Positions 20,527 through 28,670 of a stretch of DNA of 37,058 nucleotides are shown piece after piece (position 1 is the first letter of the stretch; each line of letters opens with the position of its first letter). The notes beneath the pieces were generated by a model. It saw only the letters and a program-made list of their open reading frames with translations. It did no database searches and was not told where the DNA came from. Origin of the DNA: an uncultured Sphaerobacteraceae bacterium (GTDB lineage Bacteria; Chloroflexota; Chloroflexia; Thermomicrobiales; UBA6265); NCBI GenBank assembly GCA_964434995.1, contig CAYSXO010000010.1, positions 1-37,058 on the forward strand. The letters are read 5' to 3'. The position numbers and the translations under genes are program-made.

Positions 20527-20588
20527 TGCATCCAGACAGAAATAGCACTACGTATCATCGCGGCGAGTCTACCGCCGTGAGGAAGGCA

Positions 20589-20951
20589 ATGGCGATGTTG
20601 TTCATGGTAATTGAGCGATTCCCGCCAGGAAGCGTACCGGCGATCTATCGCCGGTTGCGCGAAGAGGGAAGGTCTCTGCCTGATGGGCTCTCGAATGTGA
20701 ACAGTTTGATCGAGGCAAACCTCGGCCGCTGCTTCCAACTGATGGAGTGCGACGACGCTCGACTGTTGCAGGAATGGGTCCTCAGATGGAATGGCAAGAT
20801 TGATGCGGAGATCGTCCCGGTGGTGCCATCCAGAGAGACGCAAGCTGTCGTCCAGCCGTTCCTCTCGCCTGCGCCGGGGAAAAAAGGAAGCGCAATGAGT
20901 CAACCGGCGTGGTACCCCAGGCAGGATTCGAACCTGCGGCCTGCCGCTTAG
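20589..20951 (+). CDS. DUF3303-family protein with a 3' extension running into tRNA-Arg
   Basis: MLFMVIERF...YRRLREEGRSLPDGL...CFQLMECDD...VPVVPS matches my recollection of the DUF3303 pattern. ATG 20589 follows GAGGAAGG. There is no stop until 20949-20951, which is inside the antisense tRNA. Confidence 0.65.
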   Translation: MAMLFMVIERFPPGSVPAIYRRLREEGRSLPDGLSNVNSLIEANLGRCFQLMECDDARLLQEWVLRWNGKIDAEIVPVVPSRETQAVVQPFLSPAPGKKGSAMSQPAWYPRQDSNLRPAA

Positions 20952-20985
20952 AAGGCGGATGCTCTATCCACTGAGCTACTGGGGC
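20910..20985 (-). tRNA. tRNA-Arg (anticodon UCU), CCA encoded
   Basis: Manual fold: acceptor GCCCCAG/CTGGGGT, D-arm GCTC-AGTGGATA-GAGC, anticodon loop CTTCTAA, T-arm GCAGG-TTCGAAT-CCTGC, then discriminator A + CCA. Confidence 0.9.
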
Positions 20986-21911
20986 GCCCGCGCCCCAGTA
21001 TAAACGCCCCGATCGCCTTCTACTCCCACCATTGGCGTTGCCTGCCCCTGGACCATGCAGTCGTCCGGATACGTCCTGATTCTGGCTCTCCGGTCAGTCA
21101 GGAAGTCCAGAATCCCGCACCTCCCGCCAGTCGCGCGCAGTTGATCGCACCGTTGAATTCGCTGGGCAGTGGCCCGCGCCTGCTCGATGCGGCCAAACTG
21201 GATGAGCGCGAAAATCAGGAAGTACCTGCTGACGACATTCAGAATTCCTCGTTCCTGATAGCGTCTGGCGCTGGTAAGAAGCCGTGGTTCGCGGACAAAC
21301 CAGACTTCGCCTTGGGTGTGAAGCCGCTGAGCAATCATGGAATCTTCGCCATAGAACTGAAACCTGAGATCGACGCCTCCAGCGCAACGCAGGGCTTCTG
21401 TGCGCACGGCCATGGTCGAACCAATCAGCACTTCCGGCTTCGCCATGGCGCGTAGCGCGAAATTGGCAATCGGATTGAGAATTCCCTGGAAGAGTCGGTT
21501 TCCGATAGCATCGACCAGGCGGCCATCATGGAAGTCGAAAGCCGCTGAGAGTCCGACAAGGCGGGGATTTCGGTCGAACAGCCGGACGATCTGCAAGGCG
21601 CCGGCAGGCGGGATTCTCGAGTCCGCGTCGACGAAGATCAGGATCTCGCCCCGCGCGGCGTCGAGCCCAGCTTGCCGCGCATGGGCCAGGCCAGCCCGTT
21701 CTTCAAGCACGACGAATGCGCCGTGCTCAGCGGCGCGCTCAGCCGTTTGGTCGGTCGATCCGTTGTCGACCACGATAATCTCGCACGGTACGTCAAGACA
21801 CTGGATTTGCAGTGACTCGATGCACGCGGCGATCATCGCTTCTTCGTTCCTCGCGGGAACGACAAACGACACCTTCGGCATTGCCAGGTGGTGGTGGCAG
21901 TCGGTGCTCAA
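20976..21911 (-). CDS. family-2 glycosyltransferase
   Basis: VSFVVPARNEE...VVDNGSTDQT...DAD motifs of the GT-A/GT2 fold. The start is ambiguous (TTG 21911 or ATG 21881). The last 10 nt overlap the 5' end of tRNA-Arg on the same strand. Confidence 0.8.
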   Translation of the reverse strand: MSTDCHHHLAMPKVSFVVPARNEEAMIAACIESLQIQCLDVPCEIIVVDNGSTDQTAERAAEHGAFVVLEERAGLAHARQAGLDAARGEILIFVDADSRIPPAGALQIVRLFDRNPRLVGLSAAFDFHDGRLVDAIGNRLFQGILNPIANFALRAMAKPEVLIGSTMAVRTEALRCAGGVDLRFQFYGEDSMIAQRLHTQGEVWFVREPRLLTSARRYQERGILNVVSRYFLIFALIQFGRIEQARATAQRIQRCDQLRATGGRCGILDFLTDRRARIRTYPDDCMVQGQATPMVGVEGDRGVYTGARAPQ

Positions 21912-21980
21912 TCGACATTCACGCTGGCCGGAGCCCGACCAGCCCGATGTCGATCCTCAGAAATCTGTCGCACCGAATCG

Positions 21981-23171
21981 TCAGACAACGGCCGATGCGG
22001 ATGCGGCAAGCTCAGCGACTTCCTGGCCGAGCCGGTCGACTTCGTCCTCGGTGTTCCACCAGCCAATTGACGCGCGAGCAGAAACAGTGCACGGCCGCGA
22101 GTCAACATAGCGAATGGTGTATCCCCTCTCAAAGAGCGAAGAGGCGACCTCCTGTGGCAGCATGTTTTCAACCGTGAAGTTCACGATACCGGCCATGGCT
22201 GAGGCAGGTGTCAGGACCGAGACGGCCGGAACGTTCTCTATCCCCCGACGAAATCGTGACCCCAGTTCGCGAATGCGCGCATAAGCCCAGTCCAGCCCCA
22301 CCTCGTCTCTGAGCCAGCGTAGCGAAGCCTCCTGCGCGGCGACGGCAGCACCCGAAAACTCGCCGATCTCAAATCGACTGGCCCCGGCGCCGGGCATGAA
22401 AAACCCTGCCGGATCGAATTGCCCGTATCGCGCAAATGTCGGCAAGAAGTCGACCATCCGCTCCCGGCGGAAATAGACGAGTCCAGTGCCTTCCGGACCA
22501 CATAGCCATTTCTGGCCTGCAATGGCATAGACGTCAACACCGGAACAATGCAGATCGATCGGGACATGGCCGGCCGACTGCGCCGCGTCAACAATCACCA
22601 GAAGCTCGTGTTCACGAGCCAGATCGCTGATCTCACGCAATGGCAAGATCGCACCTGTTGACCACAGCACGTGGGACACGGCGATTGCGCGTGTCCTTGA
22701 GGTGATTTGACTCGACAACGCGCCAACCACATCCTCCGCGCCGCCGCCAATGTCGGCGTATCGGGTCCGAACGCCATAGCGATGCGCCAGCAACGACAGT
22801 GGAAGGAGAAGGCCCGGATGCTCCTCCGAGGTCGTCACCACTTCATCGCCGGGATGCCACTGCATGCCCATGAGGGCGGAGTTCAGCCCCTCACTCGCGC
22901 TGTGCGTCAAGGCAATTTCGTCCGCGTCCGCGCCGAACATGTCCGCGGCCAATGCGGCGACCCGGCGGTTGCGATCCCGGTTCTCGACGTATGCCCCCGG
23001 CGTGATTCGCCCGCGTTCGAATTCACGCTGGCTGACCGCCCTCGCGGCGTCCAGGGCAACCCGAGGCAGAGGCCCGAACGTGCCGACGTTGAAGTATCCC
23101 GTCGCTTCCAACGCCGGCATGTTCGCCCGGAGAATTTCAACCTTTGGATCCGTCAATACCTCGGCAACCAT
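21981..23171 (-). CDS. class-V aminotransferase-fold PLP enzyme (cysteine desulfurase / C-S lyase-like)
   Basis: 396 aa. THSASEGLN, IVDAAQSAGH and AGQKWLCGPEGTG (PLP-lysine region) are typical of the class V family. The exact activity cannot be called from sequence alone. Confidence 0.75.
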   Translation of the reverse strand: MVAEVLTDPKVEILRANMPALEATGYFNVGTFGPLPRVALDAARAVSQREFERGRITPGAYVENRDRNRRVAALAADMFGADADEIALTHSASEGLNSALMGMQWHPGDEVVTTSEEHPGLLLPLSLLAHRYGVRTRYADIGGGAEDVVGALSSQITSRTRAIAVSHVLWSTGAILPLREISDLAREHELLVIVDAAQSAGHVPIDLHCSGVDVYAIAGQKWLCGPEGTGLVYFRRERMVDFLPTFARYGQFDPAGFFMPGAGASRFEIGEFSGAAVAAQEASLRWLRDEVGLDWAYARIRELGSRFRRGIENVPAVSVLTPASAMAGIVNFTVENMLPQEVASSLFERGYTIRYVDSRPCTVSARASIGWWNTEDEVDRLGQEVAELAASASAVV

Positions 23172-23194
23172 GTCGCGCGCAACCCTCTCCTTGC

Positions 23195-24424
23195 TTATCT
23201 GGAGGCTCCCACCGCCGCCAGCCCACGGTCCAGGTCGGCAATGATGTCTTGCACATCTTCGATCCCGACTGACAGGCGCACCAGTGCATCCGAAATGCCG
23301 ATACGTGCCCGCTCTTCTGGCGGCACGGCGCGATGTGATGAGATGGCGGGGTAAAGCACGAGGCTGTACACATCTCCGAGCGTGGTCGCGGGTACGACCA
23401 TTTGCAGCGCCTCCAGAAAGGCGAACACCTCCTGACGGCCGGCGCCTGCAATCTCGAACGACAGCATGCCGCCCCGCTCGGGCCGATTGAACATGCGTGC
23501 CGCATCACCAGAATCAGCGAGACCCGGATAGTTGACTCGAGAGATCCGCTCGTCGGCTTCTAGCCACCGCGCAATCGTGCTGGCATTGTCACTTTGCTGC
23601 TTCAATCGCAGTGGCAACGTCTTAAGACCGCGCATGGCAAGCCAGGAATCGAATGGGCTGGCCACGGACCCGATGAGCTTGTTGATCTCGCGCAGCTCGG
23701 CAGCGCGCTCAGCACTCGTCGCCACAATGCCGCCGGTCACGTCGCCATGGCCGCCGAGATACTTGGTCGTCGAGTGAACGACGGTGTCAACGCCAAATCT
23801 GGCCGGATTGACCAGCCATGGGCTGGCGAACGTGTTGTCGACCGCGAGCCGCGAGCCATGGCGATGCGCCAGGTCGACGAGCGCGGGGATGTCCGCGACG
23901 CGGATCAATGGGTTCGACATGGTTTCCAAATAAAGCAGCGCGGGCTTTGCTTTCGCGAGGATGGATTCAACAGCGGCGAGATCGAGAAGATCGATGAATA
24001 CGGTTTCAATCCCAAGCGTGGGCATCAATCGAGAGAGGATCGCGTAACTCGCGCCATAAATGTCCGGAGCCGCCACGATGCAATTACCGGCTCGGGCATC
24101 AAGAAGCATCGCCGCGTAAACAGCCCCCATTCCGGACGCAAAGGCGACCGCATCTTCCGTTTCTTCCAGGGAGGCAACCGCGGCCTCAAATGCGCTGGTT
24201 GTCGGATTGGCGTAGCGGGTATACACATAGCCAGGCCGCTCGTTGCCGAAGACCGCGTCGAGCGTGTCCGTGTCGTCGTAGACAAAGGCCGTGGCTGGAT
24301 AGATCGGTGTCACCGTTGGGGTAAAGTCAGGACGAGGCCCACGCTCGCCAGAATGGACGGCGCGGCTACCAAATCCGAGCGCCGTGGCGCTCGGTGCGGG
24401 CTTAGCCCGTTTTGGGAAACTCAA
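23195..24424 (-). CDS. Cys/Met-metabolism PLP enzyme (cystathionine gamma-synthase / gamma-lyase / methionine gamma-lyase family)
   Basis: YTRYANPTT, AFASGMGA and HSTTKYLGGHGDVTGG (PLP lysine) motifs. 409 aa. Confidence 0.85.
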   Translation of the reverse strand: MSFPKRAKPAPSATALGFGSRAVHSGERGPRPDFTPTVTPIYPATAFVYDDTDTLDAVFGNERPGYVYTRYANPTTSAFEAAVASLEETEDAVAFASGMGAVYAAMLLDARAGNCIVAAPDIYGASYAILSRLMPTLGIETVFIDLLDLAAVESILAKAKPALLYLETMSNPLIRVADIPALVDLAHRHGSRLAVDNTFASPWLVNPARFGVDTVVHSTTKYLGGHGDVTGGIVATSAERAAELREINKLIGSVASPFDSWLAMRGLKTLPLRLKQQSDNASTIARWLEADERISRVNYPGLADSGDAARMFNRPERGGMLSFEIAGAGRQEVFAFLEALQMVVPATTLGDVYSLVLYPAISSHRAVPPEERARIGISDALVRLSVGIEDVQDIIADLDRGLAAVGASR

Positions 24425-24544
24425 GAAAACGCTCCTGGTTAACGGGTCAGTGCATCCTCTAGGACAGGCAGTCTATGGCGCGCGCATGAAGCCGTCAACG
24501 TTCGCTTCATGCGTGCATGGATTCTCCGGGAAAAGAGCAATGTG

Positions 24545-25555
24545 ATGTCAAACGCAACGGAAAACGCTTTCCTCGGCGCGCTACTTGGCATGGCAATCGG
24601 CGACGCCCTTGGCGCCCCCGCTAGCGGTCTCGATCGCGAACAGATCGCGGAACGGTTCGGCATCATCGATCGCTATTACCCGGCGCTCTCTCCGGATCGC
24701 GAGGACGCCCAGCCAGGAGAGTTCACGGATGAGACAGAGTTCGCCTTGTGTATCGCCGAATCGATGACGGCGAACCGCGGGGAATTCGATCGTGAAACGG
24801 CAGGGTATCGGATGGTGCGCCTGGCATCAGGTCCGTCCCGCCACTGGATGCGCGACGCGACCCGAAATGCGCTTGACGTTGCTGGCGAGACCCTGGAGTT
24901 CATCGTCCGCATTGACGAAGACGGACTTGCCACGGGCGACGTCGCCGCGCGCGGTGTTCCCGTCGGACTGATCCACGCGATTGGACAGTTCAAACCCGGC
25001 CAACTACGCGTCGATTCGGAAGCCGTCGCGCGCGTTACGCACGGAGGTCCGGCGGCGTTCAATGCCGTCGCGGCGGTCGCGTTCGCGATTCGCCTGGCGG
25101 CAACCGGCGTTCCTCGCGAAGATTGGGCAAGGTCGACCTCGGACTTCCTCGGAGGAGGACAACTTGCCGACGCACTTGCGCGGCTCGACCACCTTCGACA
25201 CGGCAGAACCCTGGAGGAGACGCTGCTGCTCGTGGGAACGGGGCTCGGCGCCTCCGAGTCGATTCCTGCCTCGTTCGCGGCTGCCACGGCATGCGAGTCA
25301 TTTGAGGACGCGGTCTTTGCGGTTGTCAACGCGGGCGGAGCCACCGATACCATCGGCGCATTGACTGGAGCGCTGGCCGGCGCCGCCGGCGGTGCGTCCT
25401 CCATTCCGCAAGAGCTGATCGATGGGCTTGAGGGCCGAATCTCCATCTCGCTGGCCGCCCCTTGGCTGCACAAGGCAGCGCGCCAGCGCGCCGGTCAGTT
25501 GATCGACCTCCGGCCGGTCCACGGGCCTCGTCCGGAGATGCCACCTCGCCACTAG
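24545..25555 (+). CDS. ADP-ribosylglycohydrolase-family protein
   Basis: N-terminal FLGALLGMAIGDALGAP and C-terminal GGATDTIGALTGALAGA motifs. ATG 24545 chosen. The stop overlaps the convergent monooxygenase stop (CTAG). Confidence 0.8.
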   Translation: MSNATENAFLGALLGMAIGDALGAPASGLDREQIAERFGIIDRYYPALSPDREDAQPGEFTDETEFALCIAESMTANRGEFDRETAGYRMVRLASGPSRHWMRDATRNALDVAGETLEFIVRIDEDGLATGDVAARGVPVGLIHAIGQFKPGQLRVDSEAVARVTHGGPAAFNAVAAVAFAIRLAATGVPREDWARSTSDFLGGGQLADALARLDHLRHGRTLEETLLLVGTGLGASESIPASFAAATACESFEDAVFAVVNAGGATDTIGALTGALAGAAGGASSIPQELIDGLEGRISISLAAPWLHKAARQRAGQLIDLRPVHGPRPEMPPRH

Positions 25556-26811
25556 TCGTCGTGGCCGTCACGCGCGGCTGTCAATGCTGGCTCGAGTTCT
25601 TCGCCAAGGTACCGGCGCCGGGCGCCCTCAGTCACGGGCAAGCCCTCCGGCCCCAGCGCGAAGATCGGCCCATAGCCAAGCCGAAAAGGATCGGCTTCGG
25701 CCGCGCGCTTCGCCCGCTCACGCGCCGCGTCCGCCTCCCTTCCGATATCGGTCACCAGTGGTCCCCGCCACATCGCGTAGGCGCGAAGCGGCTCGTACCA
25801 GGTCGGCCTCCGGGCGGCAAACGCGGTTGGCGCGTTTTTCCAATCACCTTCGGCTGTCAGAAGGTCGCTCAGCGCACGCACGTCTCTGAATGCCAGAGAG
25901 AGCCCCTGTCCCAGCGCCGGGTCGTTCGCGCCGGCCGCATCACCGATCAGGACCACACCGTCGCCAGCAAGGCGGTCAGAGACAATATCGGCAGCCGGGA
26001 AAAACGCCGCTGGCCCCACGGCCTGAGCGCGTTCAAACGCGCCGCCCGAAAACGCGGTAGCGCAATGCGCGATGAACCGCTCAGCCGCGCCAGGACCTCG
26101 CACCGCCCTGGCGACTTCTGGCTGGACGACGAGGTAGGCCCGTGCCCGGCCGCTGCCATGCCGAAAGACAAGGGCCATGCCGCCGTCAAACCGGCTCACG
26201 TGCGATGCGTCCGGATCGAGTGCAACGCCTTCCACCAGGCAGCCACCGAGCAGATGGTGAACGGGATCGCGCATGGTTCGCGCGCCGATCCAGCGCCGAA
26301 CGCCCGACTCTTTCCCGTCCGCGCCAACAACCAGCCTCGCCGTGACTCTCTGGAAATCGGAGATGCCCGTAACGCGAACTCGCATCGCTCCCGAGGCATC
26401 TCGACCGAGCGCCGTGGTTTTTGCAGGCCGGATGACACGGGCGCCAGCAGCCGATGCCTCCTGAATCAGGGCTTCCTGAAGCTTGGGATGATCGACGCCC
26501 CACAGGACATCACCGCTCGGGACATCGCTTCGCCAATCGTATGGCGCTGCCGGCTCCCGATCCTCATAGCTTTGCCAGATCGGTAGGGCGCGGGCCCCGG
26601 CGGCAGGCAATATGCTCGCAATGCCGAGGCGTGAGGCTTCAACAGCGCCCCAAGGAAACAGTGCATCTCCTCGGACACGGTCGCGAAACCGAGCTTCTCG
26701 CTCGATGACGGCGACCGAGAGACCTGCCCGCCGCAAGACAATGGCAAGTGTCGAGCCAGCAACGCCTCCGCCAACAATGGCGACATCGGCCACAATCGTG
26801 CTGGAGGTCAT
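25552..26811 (-). CDS. FAD-dependent (PHBH-fold) monooxygenase/oxidoreductase
   Basis: GxGxxG dinucleotide fold (VAIVGGGVAGS), DGKESGVRR and IGDAAGANDPALGQG motifs. The ATG overlaps the upstream permease stop (ATGA). Confidence 0.8.
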   Translation of the reverse strand: MTSSTIVADVAIVGGGVAGSTLAIVLRRAGLSVAVIEREARFRDRVRGDALFPWGAVEASRLGIASILPAAGARALPIWQSYEDREPAAPYDWRSDVPSGDVLWGVDHPKLQEALIQEASAAGARVIRPAKTTALGRDASGAMRVRVTGISDFQRVTARLVVGADGKESGVRRWIGARTMRDPVHHLLGGCLVEGVALDPDASHVSRFDGGMALVFRHGSGRARAYLVVQPEVARAVRGPGAAERFIAHCATAFSGGAFERAQAVGPAAFFPAADIVSDRLAGDGVVLIGDAAGANDPALGQGLSLAFRDVRALSDLLTAEGDWKNAPTAFAARRPTWYEPLRAYAMWRGPLVTDIGREADAARERAKRAAEADPFRLGYGPIFALGPEGLPVTEGARRRYLGEELEPALTAARDGHDD

Positions 26812-27731
26812 CGCATGCGGGGATCGAGAACGTCGCGCAGACCGTCGCCAAGCAAGTTCAACCCCAGAACGACAGTAACAATAGCCAGTCCAGGGACCGT
26901 ACTCGACCAGTGGTTCTGCAGCATGTAGTTCCGGCCCTCGGCGATCATGACCCCGAGACTCGGCAAAGGCGGCTGCGCGCCCATGCCAATGAACGAGAGT
27001 CCAGCCTCGACGATGATCCCCAGGGCAACGTAGTACGAAGCCATCACCAGCGCCGGCGCAAGCACATTTGGCACAACATGGCGAATGAGGATGCGGCCCT
27101 CAGGCAAGCCACACGCTCGCGCGGCCTGGACGAACTCAGCCTCACGCAGGCTCAATACCTCGCCTCGAACGATGCGGGCGAAGCCCGCCCAGTTGATCAG
27201 CCCAACCGCCAGTACCGTCGCCACCAACCCGGGACCGAGCGTGCCCGCCAGAATGACGGCCAACAGGATCAGCGGAAAGCCCCACGTGAACTCAACGATC
27301 GCGCTGATCAGACTATCGACCCACCCCCGGCGAAAGCCCGCGATCGATCCGGCAGCCATGCCAATGGCCATCGAGATGGCGGTGACCCCGAAGCCCACGA
27401 TTAGGGAGATTCGAATGCCCGTGAGGAGCCGGGAAAAGACGTCTCGCCCAACCTGATCCGTTCCGAAAAGGTGTCCGTCGGTGAGTGGCGGCAAATTGGC
27501 CTGAAGCAGATTCTGCTTGGCGTAGTCGAACGGCGCGAACATCGGCCCGAAAATGCCGAGAAGGATGTAGATGAGCGCGACAACAGAACCCAGCAGCGCG
27601 AGCCGATTTCTCGCCAGACGGCGCCAGGCGAGCATGAGTTGGCTTGTCCCATGCATTGCCTGAACAGGCATGTCCCCAGGCAACGTGGACACGTCGGAGG
27701 CGGCTACGGCCATTGGCGCGGACTCTCGCAA
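26808..27731 (-). CDS. ABC transporter permease, DppC/OppC-like
   Basis: Multi-TM protein with the binding-protein-dependent transport signature region (REAEFVQAARACGLPEGRILIRHVVPN). The start is uncertain: TTG 27731, or a downstream ATG. Confidence 0.85.
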   Translation of the reverse strand: MRESAPMAVAASDVSTLPGDMPVQAMHGTSQLMLAWRRLARNRLALLGSVVALIYILLGIFGPMFAPFDYAKQNLLQANLPPLTDGHLFGTDQVGRDVFSRLLTGIRISLIVGFGVTAISMAIGMAAGSIAGFRRGWVDSLISAIVEFTWGFPLILLAVILAGTLGPGLVATVLAVGLINWAGFARIVRGEVLSLREAEFVQAARACGLPEGRILIRHVVPNVLAPALVMASYYVALGIIVEAGLSFIGMGAQPPLPSLGVMIAEGRNYMLQNHWSSTVPGLAIVTVVLGLNLLGDGLRDVLDPRMR

Positions 27732-28652
27732 TCAGGCATGCCGGATTCGCGGATCCGCCAGACCATAGGCGATGTCGGCGAGAAGGTTTGCGCCGATCAC
27801 GATCGCCACCAGTAGAAGCGAGAAAAACTGGGCTACCGGGTAGTCGCGGCGGACAACCGCATCAACCAGCAGATACCCCATGCCTGGCCACTGGAAGATG
27901 GTTTCGACGATGAGTGAATAGCCGATGAGCCAGCCCAGCCGCAACCCGGCAAGTGAGATGACCGGGATGAGCGCGGTGCGAAAGACGCGCCCGTAAACAA
28001 CCGTTGACTCGGCAAGCCCTTTGGCGCGATGGGTGCGCACGAAATCCTGCCCGAGTTGCTCCAGCATGGACGAACGGGTCATACGGATCGTGACCGCCGT
28101 TCCCTCCGCGGCGAGAACCACCGCGGGCAAAATGAGCTGATTTGGCGCGCAGCAACCACCCGACGGAAGCCAATGCAGTCGCTGCGCGAAGAGGAAGATC
28201 AGCAACAGCGCCAGCCAGAAATTCGGCATCCCCATCCCGGCGATGCTGATACCGGAGATGACCTGGTCGATCGTACTGTTGCGTTTCGCCGCGGCCAAGG
28301 CGCCGAGCGGCAGGCCAACCGCATAGGTCAGGAAGGTCGCGGCCAATCCGAGGATGACACTATTGCGGCCATAGACCGCCAACAACTCGCCAATCGTCTG
28401 GCCTGTGACGAACGATGCACCGAAGTCACCTTGCGAAATGCTCTTGAGATACGCGCCGTACTGGGCCCAGACCGGAAGGTTGAGCCCGAGCTGCTCGCGA
28501 TAGGCCTCGCGGACTTCCTCTAGCGCGGTAGGACTGAGAACACCGGCGGTTGGATCGCCAGGCGCAAGTCGAAGGCCGTAAAACACGGCGATCGACGCCA
28601 CGATAAGAACGATCGCCGTGCGTAAACCTCGGCGGAAGAGATAGGATCCCAC
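27732..28652 (-). CDS. ABC transporter permease, DppB/OppB-like
   Basis: N-terminus YLFRRGLRTAIVLIVASIAVFYGLRLAPGDP and the EAA-like region (QDFVRTHRAKGLAESTVVYGRVFR). GTG start. Confidence 0.85.
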   Translation of the reverse strand: MGSYLFRRGLRTAIVLIVASIAVFYGLRLAPGDPTAGVLSPTALEEVREAYREQLGLNLPVWAQYGAYLKSISQGDFGASFVTGQTIGELLAVYGRNSVILGLAATFLTYAVGLPLGALAAAKRNSTIDQVISGISIAGMGMPNFWLALLLIFLFAQRLHWLPSGGCCAPNQLILPAVVLAAEGTAVTIRMTRSSMLEQLGQDFVRTHRAKGLAESTVVYGRVFRTALIPVISLAGLRLGWLIGYSLIVETIFQWPGMGYLLVDAVVRRDYPVAQFFSLLLVAIVIGANLLADIAYGLADPRIRHA

Positions 28653-28670
28653 GCGTCTTGTTGACCTGCC

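Noticed and set aside
24545-25555. ADP-ribosylglycohydrolase as the antitoxin half of a DarTG-like or other ADP-ribosylation toxin system.
   Set aside because: No ADP-ribosyltransferase-like partner ORF is adjacent. The neighbours are a divergent PLP enzyme and a convergent monooxygenase. A stand-alone housekeeping ARH is the simpler reading.
25462-26586. 374-aa plus-strand ORF, along with similar long antisense ORFs at 35050..36252, 12340..13143, 10377..11177, 10504..11157, 24676..25473 and 30155..31310.
   Set aside because: These are shadow ORFs typical of high-GC DNA. They are Arg/Pro/Ala/Ser-rich with no motifs, and each lies fully inside a well-supported gene on the other strand or in another frame.
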